A stretch of DNA of 64,000 nt from the human T2T-CHM13v2.0 reference genome, Homo sapiens. The translations under genes were made by a program, and so were the position numbers. The notes beneath the pieces are model-generated. The model searched no databases and was not told the origin of the DNA. It saw only the letters and a list, made by a program, of their open reading frames with translations. The stretch lies in NCBI RefSeq assembly GCF_009914755.1, contig NC_060928.1; one strand, written 5' to 3'. Each line of letters begins with the position of its first letter. The first letter of the stretch is position 1. Shown in pieces: positions 56,671-64,000 of the stretch.

Positions 56671-56937
56671 TGAATAGATCTTTAAAAAAGTCTTTTATTT
56701 TGTTTTCTTTCTAAGTAAATAAACATATCATCTGCACATAATGATTAACTTTTCAGTTTTACTCATTACAAATAGTAACTTAGCTTTTTCCTGACTTAAG
56801 AGTCTCTCCTTTGTGTACCATATTTTACACAGTCACACACACACACACACATATGTATATATAACAATTACAATGTATCCATCCATTCATTAAGTTTTCC
56901 ATCCATTCATTGAGTTTTCATTAAGAATGGGCCTTGA

Positions 56938-57274
<337 letters not shown>

Positions 57275-57319
57275 CTATTCAAGAGTGTTATCTCTGGAGA
57301 CATTTTCCTGAGTTTTAAT

Positions 57320-57475
57320 ACGGGCTCTGCTAATAGTTGTGAGCAAGTCACTTTTTCTGTGGCTCTGTAAAATGACGATAATATAGGACCTATTGAGTTA
57401 CTGTGAGAATTAAATTTACTAATACATATATTGTGCTTACGGTGAGTGCTCAGTACAAGTTAGCTATTATTAATA
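57320..57475 (+). mobile_element. MIR
   Basis: ctgtaaaatgacgataata..gtgagaattaaa..gtgctcagtacaagttagctattatt. Confidence 0.8.
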
Positions 57476-57599
57476 ATAAGATATTTATATGCTGAATTAT
57501 ATTAATAGATCTCTAACACAGAAATATCCTTCTATTGTGCCTAGGAGTTTTTCAATTAATAGATGAATATAAATTTAAATTTAAAAATTTTTTCTTAAA

Positions 57600-58110
57600 A
57601 TATGTGATATGTGTACACAATGGAATACATTCAGCTTAAAAAGGGGGCAGGGAGATCCTGCCATTTGCAAAAGTATGGATAAATCTGGGGGATGTTAGGT
57701 TAAGTGAACTAAGCCAGACACAGAAAGACAAATATTGCATGATCTTACTTATATGTGCATTCTAATAAAGTTGGACTCATAGAAATAGAGAGTAGAATGA
57801 TGGTTATCAGAGGCTGGGAGTGGGGGGTAGGGAATAAGGAGTTGTTGATTAAAGGGCGAAAATTTTCCAACAGACAGGAGAAATAGCTTTTGAGATCTAT
57901 TGCACAGCAGGTGTATTTCCAAATAACTAAAAAAGTAAATTTCAAATGTCTTACCAGAAAAAATGATATGTAAGTGAGGTGATAGATATGCTAGTTAACT
58001 TGATTTAACCATTCTACATTGTATACATATATCAAAGCATTACATTGTACCCCTTAAATGTATACAATTATGAATTGTCAATCAAAAATAGTATTACTAA
58101 TACATTTTTT
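57600..58110 (+). mobile_element. L1MA/MB 3' end
   Basis: taagtgaactaagccagacacagaaagacaaatattgcatgatc..cattgtaccccttaaatgtatacaattat. Confidence 0.9.
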
Positions 58111-58721
58111 AAAAAGAGAAATAAACTTTAAAAACATGGGGACAAAGAAAAACATTTCTTACTATCTTAATTCCAGGAAAGATACCTGTAAATTTTTAAT
58201 TTCAAATGGCTTACTCATTTAGTTATGTAGATAAGGGAACTTTTACTATCACAAATGGCCTGAACCCAACACTCAGGAATAAAATATCTTGAGTTTTAAT
58301 GCTCAGAATAATATTTTGTAATTCTTTAAAAGGCAGACTCTAGAGCAACTGGTTAGAGTAAAATTTTCTCTGAATAAATGATTTTATTCACTTGTTAGAG
58401 AAAAAAGTTCTTTGAATATATGTACACATATTCAAATATATATACATTCAATTTAATTAAATATATATATTTAACTACATTTAAATTTATCAAATGAACA
58501 TGAATAATTACTTGGCAAAGAAGAATTTATTAAACCAGTAAATCATGTAGTGCCTTCTATGATTTAAAAACTGACAAATCTCCGGCATTTAAGTGCTTAT
58601 ATATCTAGCGTCATTGGAGTGTCAAAGAACAGTACTCAATGAGGAATCGTTCCATAATACTTATATCCGTGCTCCACGTGAATATATAGGAATTTGCCAA
58701 GGATGATTTTCAAAATATTCA

Positions 58722-58963
58722 GGCCAGATGTGATGGCTCATGCCTGTAATCCCAATATTTTCAGAGGTCGACGAGGGAAGATCACTTGAGCCCAGGAGTT
58801 CAGGACAAGTTTGGGCAACATAGTGGGATCCCCATTTTTACAAAATAAAAAATAAAAAATTAGCTGGGTGTGGTAATGCACGCTTATAGTCCTAGCTATT
58901 CAGGAGACAGAGGCAGGAGGATTGCTTGGGCCCAGGAGGTTGAGGCTGCAGTGAGCTGTGATC
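58722..58963 (+). mobile_element. AluJ, 3'-truncated
   Basis: gatcacttgagcccaggagtt..gaggttgaggctgcagtgagctgtgatc, then homology ends abruptly. Confidence 0.92.
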
Positions 58964-59059
58964 AACTGGAATGAACATGGGTTAAAAACCACTGGTGTGT
59001 CCACCTTGTTGTGCCCAGGCTAATTGGTCCTGATCTAACAGAATCAACAAAAAACAAGA

Positions 59060-59275
59060 GCTAATAAATTTCCTGTACACCTACTATGTGTTGGTGGGCA
59101 CACTTTTGACACCTTTGTTTACATTAATTGCTTTAATTTTCACCAAAACCCTAAGAATCAGGCACTATTTTCCTCGCTGTAAAGCTGAAGAGACAAACAC
59201 AGAGGGGTCAGGAAACTGTCTTAAGGTCACACAGCCCAATAGTGGCAGAACCAGGATGCAATCAGCATCCCCTTG
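59060..59275 (-). mobile_element. MIR
   Basis: acctactatgtg..ttaaggtcacacagcccaatagtggcagaaccaggatgcaa. Confidence 0.85.
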
Positions 59276-59573
59276 ATACTGGTCTCCAATCTCAAACATT
59301 ATGCCTAATACCCTCTCACCCGATGCTTATTTTCATTCCTGACCTATCATTTTGGCTTTGAATTTTCTAACTTAGTAGAAGTAAAGAGGAATTTAAAAAC
59401 CACTTTTTTGATGCTTAGATAGTATATGAAACTTGATTTTTGGTCCAAAGTACATTACTAAGTCTGAAACAAATGTCTTGATGAAAGGTTTCTAACCACT
59501 CTCATGACTTAAAAGAGCTACTACTTTTACTTTTGAAATGTTTAATTCTTACATTAAAAGCTATGATAGACCT

Positions 59574-61882
59574 TGATATGGTTTGGCACTGTGTCCCCAC
59601 TCAAATATCACCTTGAATTATCTCCCATAATTCCCACATGTTGTAGGAGAGACCCAGTGGGAGGTACTTGAATCATGGTGACAGTTTCCCCCATACTGTT
59701 CTCATGGTAGTGAAACAGTCTCATGAGATCTGATGGTTTTATAAGGGAAAACCCCTTTCATTTGGCTCTCACTCTTCTCTTGTCTGCTGCCATGTAAGAC
59801 ATTCCTTTCACCTTCCACCATGATTGTGAGGCCTCCCCAGCCATGTGGAACCATAAGTCCTCTAAACTTTTTCTTTTGTAAATTGTTCAGTCTCAGGTAT
59901 ATCTTTATCAACAGTGTGAAAACAGACTAAAACAGTAAATTGGTACTGGTAGAGTGGGGTGCTGCTGTAGATAACCAAAAATGTGAAAGTAGCTTTGGAA
60001 CTGCGTAACAGGCAGAGGATGGAACAGGTTGGAGGGCTCAGAAGAAGACAGGAAAATGTGGGAAAGTTTTTAACTTCCTAGAGACTTGTTGAATATCTTT
60101 GACCCAAATGCTGATAGTGATATGGACAATGAAGTCCAGACTGAGGTGGTCTCAGATGGAAATGGGGAACTTGTTGGGAACTGGAGCAAAGGTGACACTT
60201 GTTATGTTTCAGCAAAGAAACTGGTGGCATTTTGCCCCTGCCCTTGAGATCTGTGGCATTTTGTACTTGAGAGAGATGATTTAGGGTATCCAGTGGAATA
60301 AATTTCTAAGGAGCAAGGCAATCAAGATGTGACTTGGGTATTGTTAAAGGCATTCAGTTTTATAAGGGAAACAGCATAAAAGTTCAGAAAATTTGCAGCC
60401 TGAAGATGTGATAGAAAAGAAAATCCCATTTTCTGAGGAGAAATCCAAGTTGGCTGCAGAAATTTGCATAAGTAACTAGGGGCCAAATGTTAATCTCCAA
60501 GATAATGGGGAAAATGTCTCCAGGGCATGTCAGAGGACTTCACAGCAGACCCTCCCATCACAGGCCTGGAGGCCTAGGAGGAAAAGATGGTGTCATGGGC
60601 CAGGCCTAGGGTCCCCATGCTGTGTGCAGCCTAGGGACTTGGTGCCCTGTGTCCCAGCTGCTTCAGCCATGGCTGAAAAGAGTCAACATAGAGCTCAGAG
60701 CATGGCTTAAGAGGGTGCAAGCCCCAAGCCGTGGCAGCTTCCACGTGATGTTGAGCCTGCGGGTGCCCAGAAGTTAGGAAGTGACCTTTGGAAACCTCCG
60801 CCTAGATTTCAGAGGACATATGGGAACACCTGGAGCCCAGGCAGAAGTTTGCTAAAGGGGCAGGGCCCTCATGGAGAACCTCTGCTAGGATAGTGTGGAA
60901 GGGAAATGTGGGATCAGAGAGCCCCCACACAGAGTTCCTACTGGCACACCACCTAGTGGAGCTATGAGAAGACAGCCACTGTTCTCCAGACCCCAGACTG
61001 GTAGATCCACTGACAACTTGCACCATGCACCTGGAAAAGCCACAGACACTCAATGCCAGCCAGTGATAGTAGCCAGGAGAGAGGCTATACCCTGCAAAGC
61101 CACAGGGGTGAAGCTTCCCAAGGCTGTGGGAGCCCACCTCTTGCATTATTGTGACCTGGATGTGAAATATGAAGTCAAAGGAGATCATTTTGGGATTTTA
61201 AGGTTTAATGGCTGCTCTATTGGATTTCAGACTTGCATGGAGCCTGTGGTCCCTTTGTTTTGGCCAATTTCTCCCATTTGGAATGGCTGTATTTACCCAA
61301 TGCCTGTATACCCATTGCATTTAGAGAGTAACTAACTTGCTTTTGATTTTACAGGCTCATAGGCAGAAGAAACTTGCCTTGTCTCAGATGAGACTTTGGA
61401 CTGTGGACTTTTGAGTTAATGCTGAAGTGAGTTAAGACTTTGGGGGACTGTTAGAAAGGCATGATTGGTTTTGAAATATGAGAACATGAGATTTGGGAGG
61501 GGCCAAGGATGGAATGACATGGTTTGGGACTGTGTCCCCACCCAAATCTCATCTTGAATTGTAGCTTCCATAATTCCCACATGTTGTGGGAGGGACCCAG
61601 TGGGAGATAATTGGATCAATGGCAGCAGTTTCCCCCATACTGTTCTCGTGGTAGTGAATAAGTCTCACAAGATCTGATGGTTTTATAAGGAAAAACTCCT
61701 TTCATTTGGCTGTCACTCCTGTTGTCTGCCGTCATGCCATGTGAGACATGTCTTTCACCTTCCACCATGATTGTGAGGCCTCCCCAGCCAGGTGGAACTG
61801 TAAGTCCATTAAACCTTTTTCTCTTGTAAATTGCCCAGTCTCAGGTGTGTCTTCATTAGCGGCATGAAAACAGACTAATACA
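59574..61882 (+). mobile_element. Full-length THE1 (THE1B-like) MaLR: 5'LTR 59574-59934, internal 59935-61514, 3'LTR 61515-61882
   Basis: Two direct-repeat LTRs running TG..CA, internal region starting gtaaattggtac, and a perfect 5-bp TSD GACCT at 59569-59573 and 61883-61887. Confidence 0.96.
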
Positions 61883-64000
61883 GACCTAGTTTTATTTTAT
61901 TTAAAATTTGTGGTCTCTGTGTACATCATCATCCATTGAGTGGTCTATGAATTCTGAAAGTTTCAGAGACACTGATATAAGTTAACAATATATTTTCTTA
62001 TTGGATGATTAAAGGATATTAAGTTTTCACAGCAACTAGAATGAAATAGACTATAATTACTAATCAGTCACTTACAATGTGGTTTTAAATGCTATTTAAT
62101 GACCAGCATTAAACTCATTTTAATCACTCATTTTAACAACCTATTTCCAATGCTTCCTCACTTCTATTAGGAAAAACTTAAAATTTCTATTACTATGAAC
62201 TTTATTCAAATCTAAGCCTAGAGGTTCATCTTAAAAGAGAGATCTGTATGCTTTGCATCATGGAAATCCTATTCTCCATTGACACTTAGAAGATAGACAA
62301 CTGATTTTCAGTAAACCAAATGCGGCAATTGTGGTTCACAGTCATAAGCTATTAAAATATCATATCATCATCTAGGTGGCACTTTTAGGTACTTGCATGT
62401 TCAAATTGTTTTATATTACAAAAATTCAGAAACTATTAATTTTTAAAAGCTATAAAAACTATCAATATAAAGCATTTATCTATCAATGCATTTTCTCAGT
62501 TTGAAACTACTTAGCTGTAGTCATTATTTCTAGTTAACATAACAGTAGATTTCAGATGCTGTGGATGTAGAAACTAGAAAGACCATGGTTGCCTCTGCTT
62601 CACTTCTTGCCTTCACTTTCCACACTAAGGTAGCAGCACAAGGAGGCCCAGCAATGCTACACCCTGATTACAAACATCCTGGAGCTCTTCTGGGGAGAAT
62701 ATATGTTCTGGAAGATCCATTTGAAGTCATGCTATTTTTCTTTTGAAGTACAGACTTCTGTATGACAAATAACAAAGACAAATAAAGTTTTAACACTGCA
62801 ATAGAAGCAGCAAAGTGTTCTAAATATATCTTCTGGCCTGTTATTCTTTTTTACCAAAATGGTTATGATGGAATAAAAGTCTTTGCGGTAGTGTGGTCTT
62901 AAATCACCCACACTCTTCCTGTCTCATCGTCCTTGGGCTATGGCCATAACACTTTCATGCCTTTACTAGAAAAATATTTTCCTTTCCTAATTCTGTCCCT
63001 TAGGCATCATTTCCAAAGCTTCACATTTGCAGAAATGATTCCTTCTAAAAAAGAAATCTAATTAAATCATTTATAATATTCCCCTCACCCCTAAACAGCA
63101 GAATAACAAATTAACTCTGTGGTCTACCATACAGTTGATAGATGGGAAATAAAGATGTAGAGTCATTTATTTTAGCTGCAAACTTGGGAATGAAACACTG
63201 GTTGGGCTACAGGCTAAGAGTGTTCAGAGATGATAGTTTATAGGATGTGGGGAGACCCAGCATAGAAACGTCTACTTCTACGTCCAAAGGGATAGAATTC
63301 TCTGTCTTCCACCCCAAATCACACCAATAACCCAGAACTGAGAAATCTAACAATCAAAACATATGTTTGATTGGCTTTGAAAGATAAAATTAATGTTGCA
63401 TATGATGGCAAATTTCATAATCATCTTATTATGAGAGAATGAAATTAGTTAGCCAAAAAGTATGACAATAAGCCCATGAAAAATATATGATACAAAGAAA
63501 TGTAAATGATTTGCTAATTCAGTTACTGTTTATAAATAAAAAACTGAATGCCATAGTTTGTCACTTGTTTGCTGGATTTTATGATTACTTTAAATGTGAA
63601 GGTAAATGTTGGGATGGCTGATTAAGAAACACAGAAGTCTAATTGGTTTCATAGTTTATTGTTCTGTAGAATATAATTCTTATTATTCAAATCACAAACA
63701 CAGACAGACTTAGTTTCCTTGCCAAGAAAGTAACTTTTACATAATTGTTCAATCAACATTAAAATTCAAAATTCTCCCACTTGCTAGTTTATTTTGAAGT
63801 TTAGTTTAGAAATTATATTTTCTTATGGAGAAAATAAAAATGTTTTAATCCTTTTAAAAATACAATAAATATACTGAATACAAGCCTATCTATCATAGGT
63901 AAAAAGATAAACCAAAATACATGAAAATCCCACTAAAATTATAATAAATGTCAAAAAGCATTATTATTTGTGAAACAAGTGACCAAGGAACCATCACTGA

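Noticed and set aside
60802-61335. 128- and 146-aa ORFs
   Set aside because: They lie inside the THE1 internal region, are fragmentary, and show no recognisable retroviral enzyme motifs.
59832-61791. PRDM9 hotspot motif in the THE1 LTRs
   Set aside because: The LTRs read CCTCCCCAGCCAT and CCTCCCCAGCCAG, not the hotspot-associated CCTCCCTAGCCAC.

Overview
AT-rich, CpG-poor mammalian DNA. The AluJ/S/Y copies and a THE1 element mark it as simian primate, probably human, and it reads as gene-desert or large-intron sequence. I find no supportable multi-exon protein-coding gene. The main feature is a near full-length SAR1A processed retrocopy (~18021-20924). It has an uninterrupted 190-codon ORF with degenerate GTPase motifs and sits, with a target-site duplication, inside a MER5A-family DNA transposon. 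Most of the rest is repeats: 8 Alus, a complete THE1 with both LTRs and a 5-bp TSD, MaLR and ERV1 solo LTRs, Tigger2, MER58, and L1/L2/MIR fragments. There are also microsatellites, including a pure (GAA)33, several local duplications, and one well-bounded candidate non-coding exon. Nearly all other listed ORFs are artefacts of repeats or low-complexity sequence. Repeat family and subfamily calls come from recalled consensus sequences, not a database search, and their boundaries are approximate. I see no convincing novel multi-gene system.
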